A stretch of 64,000 nt of DNA from an uncultured Halomonas sp. (GTDB lineage Bacteria; Pseudomonadota; Gammaproteobacteria; Xanthomonadales; Wenzhouxiangellaceae): the NCBI GenBank assembly GCA_964548715.1, contig CAZJSH010000005.1, positions 6,329 through 70,328 of the forward strand. Direction: 5' to 3'. A program made the position numbers and the translations under genes. Positions within the stretch are counted from its first letter, which is position 1. Each line of letters begins with the position of its first letter. Positions 16,779 to 25,418 of the stretch are shown here, piece by piece. The notes under the pieces were generated by a model. It was given only the letters and a program-made list of their open reading frames with translations, was not told the DNA's origin and ran no database searches.

Positions 16779-19202
16779 CTATCCCCCGTCGAGGCCGCAT
16801 GCCCGCTCTTTGATCCTGCTGAAGTCGAACACCTTGGTCGCCACCCCGGTATAGGCCAGGTTCAGCAATGCCGTTGTGGCGCGTATGGACTCCGTGGCCA
16901 CCAGCCCGTTTGCATGGACCATGGAATAGTTGAGCGCGGCACTGCCCAGGACCGCGCCGATGATCTGGGCCATAGCGTACATCACCAGCGCCATCGCTAC
17001 CCCGAGGATCCAGCTGGCCATGAGGCAGCAGAACAGCTCAAGGCCCGAGTAACTCTGGAAGCACTTGTAGAAGTTGTAGTACATGAACATGGCCGAAATG
17101 ACGATGCCCAGCACCTGAATGTATTCAGCAGCCGCCTGCCCACCGTATCCGCCCGGACCGATCCCCATCGCGGTGGCCGTGCCGGTGTCGGCGTCGAGCC
17201 GCCACCAGCCCGATGACGGATCGTCCTCCGGGATCAGGACCGCAAAACCGGCCTCCAGCTCGCGATCGACCAGGCGACGAATCTCCGCGTCCAGCCCGAT
17301 GCCCGCGTCGGCGCCGCTCTCGAGCAGCGTGAAGTCCTCGACCCGCTCCAGCCGATCGAACGCGCTCGACACGGTACCGACCGCGTCGCGCTCCAGCAGC
17401 TGGTGCTCCTGCATGGATTCATAGATGCCGTGCGCCATCGAGACCTCGGGGCTGACAGTGATGCGTCCGTCCTGCCGGCTCAGCGACCGGCGGGCGTTGG
17501 CCACGATGTCGACCTGTTCGAACCCGGCAATGGCTTCGCCGGACCGGACCAGGCCGCGATCGAACGAGATCAACATCGGCTCGTGCAGGTACGACGTCCG
17601 CGATTCGGCGACCCCGGTGTCGGTCATCGCAGTCAGCATGTACTCCAGCCACTGGCTTTCGGGCAGGGGATCCACGCCATGGAAGAGATCGCGGGTTTCG
17701 ACGGCGGGATCCTGAACGCGCTGCCGAACGATTTCGAGCGTATCGCGTCCGGCTTCGGCCGTTTCGGCGATCCGGTCGAGCAACCAGGTCGGATTCTGCT
17801 GGCCGGTGGCCAGGACCAGGTTGCGGGACTGGAGCAGGCTCAGCCGGAGGTCGGCCTCGCGCTCCGCCGCGCGGCCCTCTTCGGGACCGACGATCGATCG
17901 AAGGATGGTTCGTTCGTCGCCACCCGGCGCGATGACGGTGTACTGGACCCAGAGTTCATTCAGCGCAGTCACCGGATCCGAGGGCTCCTCCGGCGCCGAT
18001 GCACCGAGTTCGCCGAGTGCCGACACCGCGCGGATGCCCTGGTCGGAGACACTCTTGACGAACTCGCCGGCCGACGACATCGCCTCGGGCGGCATGACCC
18101 GGCCGTCCAGCGTGAACGCCATGGCACCCGGCGCAGGACGGCCGTTGAAATACGGCATGAACAGCTCCGCCGACGTCAATCCGGCCTCGATCAGGTCGGC
18201 TGGTCGCTCGGAATCGGCGGCGTACGGAAGGAAGCCGATGCTCAATGGCGAGTAGGCAGCGTTCGCGGCAGGCCGCTCCCACGCGGCCATCAGGGCCTGC
18301 GTTGTCTCCCGACCGGCGATCTCGCTTCGAATCATCAGTTCGACGCGGATCCGGTGCTGCAGCTCGGCCGGCACGTTGTCGGCCAAGTATGCGGCCGACT
18401 CGACCGTTGGCGCGTCGGCACCGCCGAACGCCGGATGAAGCGAAGCCCATGAATCGCCCGGCCCGAGCCGGTAGTCGACCCAGAAGTAATCGAGCGCCTC
18501 GTCGATCAGGGCCTCGGTGCTCGGAACGCGACCGAAGAGATCGGCCGTCTCGCGCTGGAGTGAATCGGCGACGCTCTGGATGCGGCCGGCGATCCTATCG
18601 TTCTCCGCAGCGATCTGCGCCGACAGTTCGCGGACGGCCTCGTCACGCGGTCCGATCAGGAACGGGCCGGCGACTCGCTCGGCCAGCGTCCCGGTCCGTT
18701 CGCCGAAGGGCTCCGGCCAGTCCATCTGACCGAACATCCCCGACAGGAGGCGCGAGGCGTCCTCGGGACCCAGCCGCCCACGGCTGATGCGCGCTTCGTA
18801 CCCGGCATCGTTCAGCAGCCTGGCGAGCAGGATCGATTGATCAAGCGCGTTCCCGGCACGACTGACCAGGGTGCCTTCGGCCGCCCGAAGCAGACCGGGA
18901 TACTGCTGAAACCGGATTTCGCGGGCGACGAAGTCACCGATGGCGCCGGCATCGAAGTCCAGGCTGAAGACCAGCTCGGACAGGTCGAACTGGCTGCGAT
19001 CCAGCGCATCGCGCACCACCGTGAACCGCTCGTAGATCGACTCGAGATCGCTCGGTGGCGATCCCCCGGGGGCTGCGGCCTGGCCCGCAGCGCCCACGGC
19101 CATCGTGGTCTCCGAGACCGCCCAGACGCAGCTGGAGAAGAGAAAGGACAGTGCGACCATCCAGCAGATCGCTGCGTTCATCCATCGGACCTCGCCCTGC
19201 AT
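16779..19202 (-). CDS. transglutaminase-like domain protein with C-terminal membrane anchor (catalytic residues apparently substituted)
   Basis: 807 aa. GGGAGA RBS before ATG 19202, then a signal peptide. GNALDQSILLARLLNDAGYEARI and YFWVDYRLGPGDSWASLHPAF resemble the Cys and His/Asp blocks of bacterial transglutaminase-like cores. The last ~120 aa form 3 aromatic/Cys-rich hydrophobic helices. Confidence 0.7.
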   Translation of the reverse strand: MQGEVRWMNAAICWMVALSFLFSSCVWAVSETTMAVGAAGQAAAPGGSPPSDLESIYERFTVVRDALDRSQFDLSELVFSLDFDAGAIGDFVAREIRFQQYPGLLRAAEGTLVSRAGNALDQSILLARLLNDAGYEARISRGRLGPEDASRLLSGMFGQMDWPEPFGERTGTLAERVAGPFLIGPRDEAVRELSAQIAAENDRIAGRIQSVADSLQRETADLFGRVPSTEALIDEALDYFWVDYRLGPGDSWASLHPAFGGADAPTVESAAYLADNVPAELQHRIRVELMIRSEIAGRETTQALMAAWERPAANAAYSPLSIGFLPYAADSERPADLIEAGLTSAELFMPYFNGRPAPGAMAFTLDGRVMPPEAMSSAGEFVKSVSDQGIRAVSALGELGASAPEEPSDPVTALNELWVQYTVIAPGGDERTILRSIVGPEEGRAAEREADLRLSLLQSRNLVLATGQQNPTWLLDRIAETAEAGRDTLEIVRQRVQDPAVETRDLFHGVDPLPESQWLEYMLTAMTDTGVAESRTSYLHEPMLISFDRGLVRSGEAIAGFEQVDIVANARRSLSRQDGRITVSPEVSMAHGIYESMQEHQLLERDAVGTVSSAFDRLERVEDFTLLESGADAGIGLDAEIRRLVDRELEAGFAVLIPEDDPSSGWWRLDADTGTATAMGIGPGGYGGQAAAEYIQVLGIVISAMFMYYNFYKCFQSYSGLELFCCLMASWILGVAMALVMYAMAQIIGAVLGSAALNYSMVHANGLVATESIRATTALLNLAYTGVATKVFDFSRIKERACGLDGG

Positions 19203-19444
19203 ATCGTTCTCCCTGCATCCATCGACCGATCACCGGCACAACGGCGAGCCCGTCCGGGATCCGGGACATCGCTGTCCTGCATTAGTACGGATTTCCCCCC
19301 GGAATCCGCCATTCCGGGGTCGATGCCGTCGGGCACGGCACCGGAAGCCGCCGAACGCGGAACCGGCCGCAACGATCGCGGACGCCAACTCCCCGATGAC
19401 TTCCCGATACACTCTACCCCGATGGCCAAGCGCACGGCGACCCC

Positions 19445-20542
19445 ATGACCCTGCTTCTCTTCTACCTCTTCCTCGCCATCGGCGTGTCCTTCCTGTGCTC
19501 GATCCTGGAAGCCGTGCTGCTGTCGATCACGCCGTCGCACATCGCGGTGATGAACGAGCAGGGGCACGCCTCGGGCAAGCTGCTGCGCCGGCTCAAGCGC
19601 GAAATCGATCGGCCGCTGTCGGCGATCCTGACGGTCAATACCTTCGCCCACACCTTCGGCGCGGCCGGGGTCGGGGCGCAGGCCCAGGTGGTGTTCGGCA
19701 GCGCGTGGCTGACCGTGATCTCGGCAGTCGTCACGCTGGCCATCCTGATCTTCTCCGAGATCATTCCGAAGACGCTGGGCGCGACCTACTGGAAGGCGCT
19801 GGCGCCGTTCACGGCCCACACCTGCCGCTGGCTGATCGTGCTGACCTGGCCGCTGGTCAAGCTGTCGCAATACATCACCCGCTGGCTGGGCAAAGGCAAG
19901 CACGGGCCGACCATTTCGCGCGAAGAGCTCAGCACGCTGGCCCAGGTCGGCCGCGATGAAGGCGAACTGGACGCCGAGGAAGCCGGGATCTTCACCAATC
20001 TGATCCGCTTCGGCGCGATCCGGGTCGAGGACATCATGACCCCACGCGTGGTGGTCGAACGCTTCCAGCAGGACATCACGCTGGCCGACGCCAAGAACCG
20101 CGACAACGGGCTGGGTTTCTCACGCTATCCGGTGTTCGGCGAGGACGACGAGGACATCACCGGGTATGTCCTGAAGTCCGAGATCATGCTGGCGCTGGCC
20201 GAGGGCGAGGACCGACGGACGCTCAAGGAACTGAAGCGCGACGTCCTGTTCCTGCCCGAATTCCTGTCGCTGCGGACGGCCTTCAGCCAGCTGCTGACCG
20301 ACCAGGAACACTTCGCGATCGTGGTTGACGAATACGGCGGATTCGTAGGTCTCGTCACGATGGAAGACGTGCTGGAGACGCTGCTGGGCATGGAGATCGT
20401 CGACGAGAGCGACACCACCGAGAATCTCCGGCGCCTGGCGCGCGAACGCTGGATGCAGCGCGCGAAGAAGATGGGCCTGGAGCTGCCGCACACCGTGGTG
20501 CCCGAGGGCGACGACGACCTCCGCACGACGCCGGAAAACTGA
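19445..20542 (+). CDS. CNNM/DUF21 transmembrane domain + tandem CBS protein (hemolysin/CorC-family)
   Basis: N-terminal 4-helix CNNM domain (LLSITPSHI, SAILTVNTFAHTFG, SEIIPKTLG), then a CBS pair (VEDIMTPR, FAIVVDEYGGFVGLVTMEDVLE). Confidence 0.85.
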   Translation: MTLLLFYLFLAIGVSFLCSILEAVLLSITPSHIAVMNEQGHASGKLLRRLKREIDRPLSAILTVNTFAHTFGAAGVGAQAQVVFGSAWLTVISAVVTLAILIFSEIIPKTLGATYWKALAPFTAHTCRWLIVLTWPLVKLSQYITRWLGKGKHGPTISREELSTLAQVGRDEGELDAEEAGIFTNLIRFGAIRVEDIMTPRVVVERFQQDITLADAKNRDNGLGFSRYPVFGEDDEDITGYVLKSEIMLALAEGEDRRTLKELKRDVLFLPEFLSLRTAFSQLLTDQEHFAIVVDEYGGFVGLVTMEDVLETLLGMEIVDESDTTENLRRLARERWMQRAKKMGLELPHTVVPEGDDDLRTTPEN

Positions 20543-23500
20543 TCAGGCGCCGGCGCGCTCCTTCGGCCGCATGATCAGCGCATACAGCGCCGGCACGAAC
20601 AGCAGCGTGATCGCGGTGCCGACGATGACCCCGCCGATCAGCACGTAGGCCAGCGGCCCCCAGAAGCTGTCCAGCGTCAGCGGGACGAACGCGAGTGCGG
20701 CGGCCAGCGCGGTCAGCACCACCGGCCGGGCCCGCCGGACCGCGGCCTCGACGATCGCCTCGAACGGCGGCTGGCCGTCGGCGAGGTTGTCCGAGACCTG
20801 CTGGGTCAGGATCAGGGTATTGCGCATCAGGATGCCGGCCAGGCCGATCAGGCCGAGCAGCGCGACGAAGCCGAACGGCTGGCCGAAGATCAGCAGCGCC
20901 AGCACCGCGCCGATCAGTCCCAGCGGTGCCGTGGCCACGACCACGAACATGCCGGCGAACGAGCGCATCTGCAGCATGATGAAGATCAGCATCAGCGCGA
21001 TCATCAACGGCATCAGCTTGTTGATCGACGCGTCGGCCTTGCCCGACTGCTCGACCGATCCGCCGATCTCGATCCGGTAGCCGCGCGGCAGGTCGGCGTT
21101 CAGCGCGTCCAGCTCGGCCCAGAGATCGGCAGTCACGTCGTTGGGCTGGGCGCCGTCGACATCGGCCTGCACCGCGACGAACGGCTGGCGGTTGTAGCGC
21201 TTGATCACCGGCGGCTCGAAGCGGACCTCGAGCTGGCCGAGCTGGGCCAGCGGCACCTTGCGGCCGTCTTCGGTCTTGAGTTCCAGGCCCATCGGATCGA
21301 CCGGGCCTTCCTCGACCATGCCGCGTACGCGCAGCTGGACGGTGCGGATCCCTTCCCGGACGGCGCCGACGGCCAGGCCGTGGCTCTGGAACTCCAGCTG
21401 CTGAGCGACCTCGCGCGGGGTCAGGCCGATGCGGCGGAGGCGCTGCGGGTCCATCTCCAGGTAGGCCACCGGCGCGCGCTCGTTCCACTCCAGGTGCGGG
21501 TCGACGACGTTGGGGTGGTCCTGCATCACGCCGCGAACGCGCACGGCGATGTCTCTCAATCGATCCGGATCGTCGCCGATCACGCGGAACACCACCGGCC
21601 AGACCACCGGCGGCCCGAACAGCAGCTGCGAAACGCGCACGCGCGCCTCGGGGAACTCGCCGGCCTCGATGCGGGCGTTCAACGTTGCCATGACCCGGTC
21701 GCGCGTCTCCGCGTTGTCGGTGACCGCCACCACTTTGGCAAAGGCCGGATCGGGTTGCTCGGGATTGGCGGAGATGAAGAAGCGCGGCGCACCGGCGCCG
21801 ACCCAGGCCGACAGCGAGCGGACCTCGTCCATGCCCTCGAGCAGCGACTCGACCTTGCGGGTGGTCGCGTCGGTGGTCCCGATCGAACTGCCCTGCGGCA
21901 TGAACACGCTGACCAGGACCTCGGGCCGGTCGGAGCCGGGAAAGAACTGCTTGGCCACCGGCCCGGCCATGCCGAGCAGCGACAGCACCAGCAGACCGAC
22001 GGTGGTCAGCGCGACCAGGCCGCGTCGGCGCACGCAGAACTCGATCAGGCGGCGAAGGCGAGCGTAGACCGGTGTGTCGTAGAGCCCCTCGCCGTGACCA
22101 CCGGCCGCCTTGCGGGTCAGCAGCATCGCGCCGAGAAACGGGGTGAAGGTGACCGCGACCAGCCACGAGATCAGCAGCGCGAAGGCGAGCACCCAGAAGA
22201 TGCCGCCGGCGTATTCGCCGACCCCGGACTGCGCGAAGCCGATCGGCACGAAGCCGGCGGCGGTGACCAGGGTGCCGAACAGCATCGGCGCGGCGGTCGC
22301 GCGCCAGGCGAAGGCCGCTGCATCGACCTTGTCCAGGCCCTCGTCGATCTTGACCAGCATCATCTCGATGGCGATGATCGCGTCGTCGACCAGCAGTCCG
22401 AGGCCGATGATCAACGCACCCAGCGTGATTCGGTCGAGGTTCATGCCGGTCGCCTGCATCAGCAGGAAGGTCAGGCCCAGCGTCACCGGCACGGCGACGC
22501 CGACGATCAGACCGGCGCGGAAGCCGATGGCCAGGAAGCTGACCCCCATGACGACCAGGACGGCAATCAGGAACTTCAGCTGGAACAGGTTGACCGCCTT
22601 GGCGATCGCTTCGGCCTGGTTGGTCAGCACGTCGAGTTCCATCCCCAGCGGCAGCCGGGCACGCTCGTCGTCGACGAACGTCGCCAACCGATCGCCGAGC
22701 TCCAGCCCGTTGACGCCCTGGCCCATGACCACGCCGAGAACCAGCGCATCGTCGCCGTCGGCGCGGACCATGAACGACGGCGGTTCCTCGTACCCATGGC
22801 GGACGCGCGCGATGTCGCCGAGCACGATCTGCCGATCGCCGGCAGCCAGCGGAATGGCACGAATGTCGTCGAGGTCGTCGAGGTCGTTGTCCAACCGCAG
22901 ATAGATCCGCGGACCCGCGGTTTCGACCTGGCCGGCCGGCGCCATCCGGTTCCAGGCATCCAGCGCATCGAAGATCTGCTGCTTCGACAGGCCCAGGTTC
23001 ACCAACCGAGCGTTGTCGAATTCCACGTAGACCCGCTGCGGACGCTCGCCGATCAGCAGGGCCTTGTTCACGCCCTCGACCTGGTCGAGCCGGTCGCGGA
23101 TGTCCTCGGCGACCCGGGTCAGGTCGCGCATCGGCAGGCCCGGCGCGGTCAGCGCGAGCAGCTGGAAATAGACGTCGGAGAAGTCATCGTTGACGATCGG
23201 GCCGACGACGCCGGCCGGCAGACGATCCTGCTCGTCCCACATCCGCTTGCGGACTTCGTAGAACAGCTGCGGCAGCCGATCGCTGTGCGTGTAATCCTGG
23301 AATTCCACCAGCAGGTCGGCGCGGCCGGGGCGGATCGATGTCTCGATCCGGTAGAGGTTCTCGACCTCCTGGATCCGCTTCTCGAGCCGGTCGACGACCT
23401 GGTCTTCGAGTTCGTCGACCGTCGCGCCCGGCCACTCCGCCGAAACGACCATCACCCGGACCGTGAACGACGGATCCTCGGCCCGGCCGAGGGCCAGGAA

Positions 23501-23596
23501 GGCATAGGCGCCGCCGAGGATCGACAGGAGCAGGAAGAACAACGTGACGGAACGCTGCTCGACGGCGATCCGCGACAGGTTGGGCAGGCGGTTCAC
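20543..23596 (-). CDS. RND efflux transporter permease (AcrB/AcrD/AcrF family)
   Basis: 1017 aa with the duplicated 6-TM plus large-loop organisation and N-terminus NLSRIAVEQRSVTLFFLLL typical of RND pumps. The GTG start overlaps the adaptor stop (GTGA at 23593-23596). Confidence 0.9.
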   Translation of the reverse strand: MNRLPNLSRIAVEQRSVTLFFLLLSILGGAYAFLALGRAEDPSFTVRVMVVSAEWPGATVDELEDQVVDRLEKRIQEVENLYRIETSIRPGRADLLVEFQDYTHSDRLPQLFYEVRKRMWDEQDRLPAGVVGPIVNDDFSDVYFQLLALTAPGLPMRDLTRVAEDIRDRLDQVEGVNKALLIGERPQRVYVEFDNARLVNLGLSKQQIFDALDAWNRMAPAGQVETAGPRIYLRLDNDLDDLDDIRAIPLAAGDRQIVLGDIARVRHGYEEPPSFMVRADGDDALVLGVVMGQGVNGLELGDRLATFVDDERARLPLGMELDVLTNQAEAIAKAVNLFQLKFLIAVLVVMGVSFLAIGFRAGLIVGVAVPVTLGLTFLLMQATGMNLDRITLGALIIGLGLLVDDAIIAIEMMLVKIDEGLDKVDAAAFAWRATAAPMLFGTLVTAAGFVPIGFAQSGVGEYAGGIFWVLAFALLISWLVAVTFTPFLGAMLLTRKAAGGHGEGLYDTPVYARLRRLIEFCVRRRGLVALTTVGLLVLSLLGMAGPVAKQFFPGSDRPEVLVSVFMPQGSSIGTTDATTRKVESLLEGMDEVRSLSAWVGAGAPRFFISANPEQPDPAFAKVVAVTDNAETRDRVMATLNARIEAGEFPEARVRVSQLLFGPPVVWPVVFRVIGDDPDRLRDIAVRVRGVMQDHPNVVDPHLEWNERAPVAYLEMDPQRLRRIGLTPREVAQQLEFQSHGLAVGAVREGIRTVQLRVRGMVEEGPVDPMGLELKTEDGRKVPLAQLGQLEVRFEPPVIKRYNRQPFVAVQADVDGAQPNDVTADLWAELDALNADLPRGYRIEIGGSVEQSGKADASINKLMPLMIALMLIFIMLQMRSFAGMFVVVATAPLGLIGAVLALLIFGQPFGFVALLGLIGLAGILMRNTLILTQQVSDNLADGQPPFEAIVEAAVRRARPVVLTALAAALAFVPLTLDSFWGPLAYVLIGGVIVGTAITLLFVPALYALIMRPKERAGA

Positions 23597-24687
23597 GGCA
23601 GGTCGACGTCCAGCGGTCGGACCGGCATGCCGGATTCGAGCAGATGAGTGCCGATCGCGATGACCTCGGCATCCGGCGGCAGGTCGGCCAGGATGCGCGC
23701 CGACTCCGGGTCGACGTCGACCAGGGTGACCTGGAACGGTCGCGCCCGGCCGTCGACGATGCGCCAGACCTGCGGACCTTCACCGCGCTCGTTGATCGAA
23801 CCGATCGGGACCTGGAGCAGCGGCGGACCGCCGGTGCCGAGGTCCAGCTCGACCCGGACCACCGTTCCGAGCCGCAGAGGCGGCGTATCGTCATCCTCGT
23901 CGAGCGGCTCGATCCGGTAGCGCGCCGGCCAGGTCCGCGTCACCGGATCGGCCGCGCCGGCGACCTCGCGGATGCGAACGGCGGTGCCGCGGCCGGGGCC
24001 GCCGACGATCCGGCCCGAGACCGGCTCGCCAACCGCCTCCGGCAGCTGGACGGCGATCTCGCGCGGACCGTCCAGCGCCAGCACTGCGACCGGCGCGCCG
24101 GCGGCGACCACCTGGCCGGGTTCGCCCCGGACCTCGATGACCGTTCCGGCGTCCGGGGCGGTCAGCGAGGCGTAGTCCAGCGCATTGGCGGCCTGCTCGA
24201 GCCGCGCGCGGGCCGCCTGGACCCGCTCGCGGGCGCTGGCCTCGGCCAGCTCGACGCGCTCGAAGACCTGCGGAGAAATGAATTCGCGCTCGAGCAGATC
24301 GCGATTGCGTCGGGTGTCGGCCGTGGCCGTGGCCAGCTCGGCCTCGGCGGCATCGACGTCGGCCCGCGCCACCCGGACGGCCTGCTCGAAATCGCGCGGG
24401 TCGAGCGAGAACAGGACCTCGCCGGCGGCGACCCGCTGACCGGCGTCGACCCGGCGCTGCTGGACCCGGCCCGTGACCTGGAAGGCCAGCGGCGTCTCGA
24501 AGCGCGCCTGGACCGTGCCCGACATCTGCGCGCCGCGGCGGATGACCGACTCGACCGGCGCGGTCAGCACCCAGCGCGCCGGCTCGGCGGAGGCGTCCTC
24601 GGACTCCGACGCGCCCCCGCAACCGGCCAGGAGGACCGGCGCCAGGACACCGGCCAGCAGCAGCATTGACAGACGCACGTGGACCAC
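23593..24687 (-). CDS. RND efflux periplasmic adaptor (membrane fusion protein), lipoprotein
   Basis: Lipobox LLAGC, then a lipoyl-like segment, a coiled-coil hairpin (Ala/Glu/Arg-rich) and a beta-barrel. Translationally coupled to the RND permease. GTG start at 24687, with an alternative ATG at 24666. Confidence 0.85.
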   Translation of the reverse strand: MVHVRLSMLLLAGVLAPVLLAGCGGASESEDASAEPARWVLTAPVESVIRRGAQMSGTVQARFETPLAFQVTGRVQQRRVDAGQRVAAGEVLFSLDPRDFEQAVRVARADVDAAEAELATATADTRRNRDLLEREFISPQVFERVELAEASARERVQAARARLEQAANALDYASLTAPDAGTVIEVRGEPGQVVAAGAPVAVLALDGPREIAVQLPEAVGEPVSGRIVGGPGRGTAVRIREVAGAADPVTRTWPARYRIEPLDEDDDTPPLRLGTVVRVELDLGTGGPPLLQVPIGSINERGEGPQVWRIVDGRARPFQVTLVDVDPESARILADLPPDAEVIAIGTHLLESGMPVRPLDVDLP

Positions 24688-24725
24688 CCAGACTATTTGT
24701 GAACGCGACCGTATCGTAATTGATT

Positions 24726-25358
24726 ATGAGTGAGCATGCGGCACGAAACGTCGGCCGACCCGCCGACCCGGCCAAGGACCGCGAGATTCTCGCCGCGGGA
24801 CGGGCGCTGCTGTTCGGCCGCGGTCCGGAGGCCGTTACCATGGAAGCCGTGGCACGGCGTGCCGGCGTGGCGAAGCCGACCCTGTATCGACGCTACGGCA
24901 ACCGCGACGAGCTGATCGCTGCCGTCGCCGAGGCCGAGGCCGAGCGCATGGCCGGGCGGTTCCGAATGGTGCCGGGCAGCGCCGACGACCTGAAGCAGGC
25001 CCTGGTGGACTTCGGCTGCGACCTGACCCGATTCCTGCTCAGCGCCGAGCACCTGAACTACGTGCACGCGCTCGGCGCCTCCCAGCAGGTGGCGCAATCG
25101 ACCCGTGACTCGATCTACCGACACGGCCCGCGCGGCACCCAGGTCCGCCTGGCCGCGTGGCTGAGGCAGGCCGACGACAACGACCTGCTGAACTGCCCCG
25201 ACCCCGACTACTGTGCCGAGCAGTTCCTCGGCATGCTGATGGGCCTGGACCTGGTCCGCACGCTATACCGGGTCCCGCTGCTGCGCGATGCCTGCGCGCT
25301 GGAGCGCCGCGTCCGGCGGATCGTCTCCGACTTCCTCACCCTCCACGCGACGCCCTGA
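24726..25358 (+). CDS. TetR-family transcriptional regulator
   Basis: N-terminal HTH TMEAVARRAGVAKPTLYRRYGNRDEL. Divergent from the efflux operon across a 38-nt gap. The track start at 24720 is a TTG, so the ATG at 24726 is preferred. Confidence 0.85.
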   Translation: MSEHAARNVGRPADPAKDREILAAGRALLFGRGPEAVTMEAVARRAGVAKPTLYRRYGNRDELIAAVAEAEAERMAGRFRMVPGSADDLKQALVDFGCDLTRFLLSAEHLNYVHALGASQQVAQSTRDSIYRHGPRGTQVRLAAWLRQADDNDLLNCPDPDYCAEQFLGMLMGLDLVRTLYRVPLLRDACALERRVRRIVSDFLTLHATP

Positions 25359-25359
25359 A

Positions 25360-25397
25360 CGATCGCGGCGGCGCCCGCAAGGACGCCGCCGCCATCG
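25360..25397. terminator. bidirectional rho-independent-type hairpin
   Basis: cgatcgcggcggcg - cccgcaagga - cgccgccgccatcg gives a 14-bp stem with one mismatch, followed by tcggttcggttcg. It fills the 60-nt gap between the TetR stop (25358) and the convergent beta-helix gene stop (25419). Confidence 0.5.
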
Positions 25398-25418
25398 TCG
25401 GTTCGGTTCGCCCCGCGC

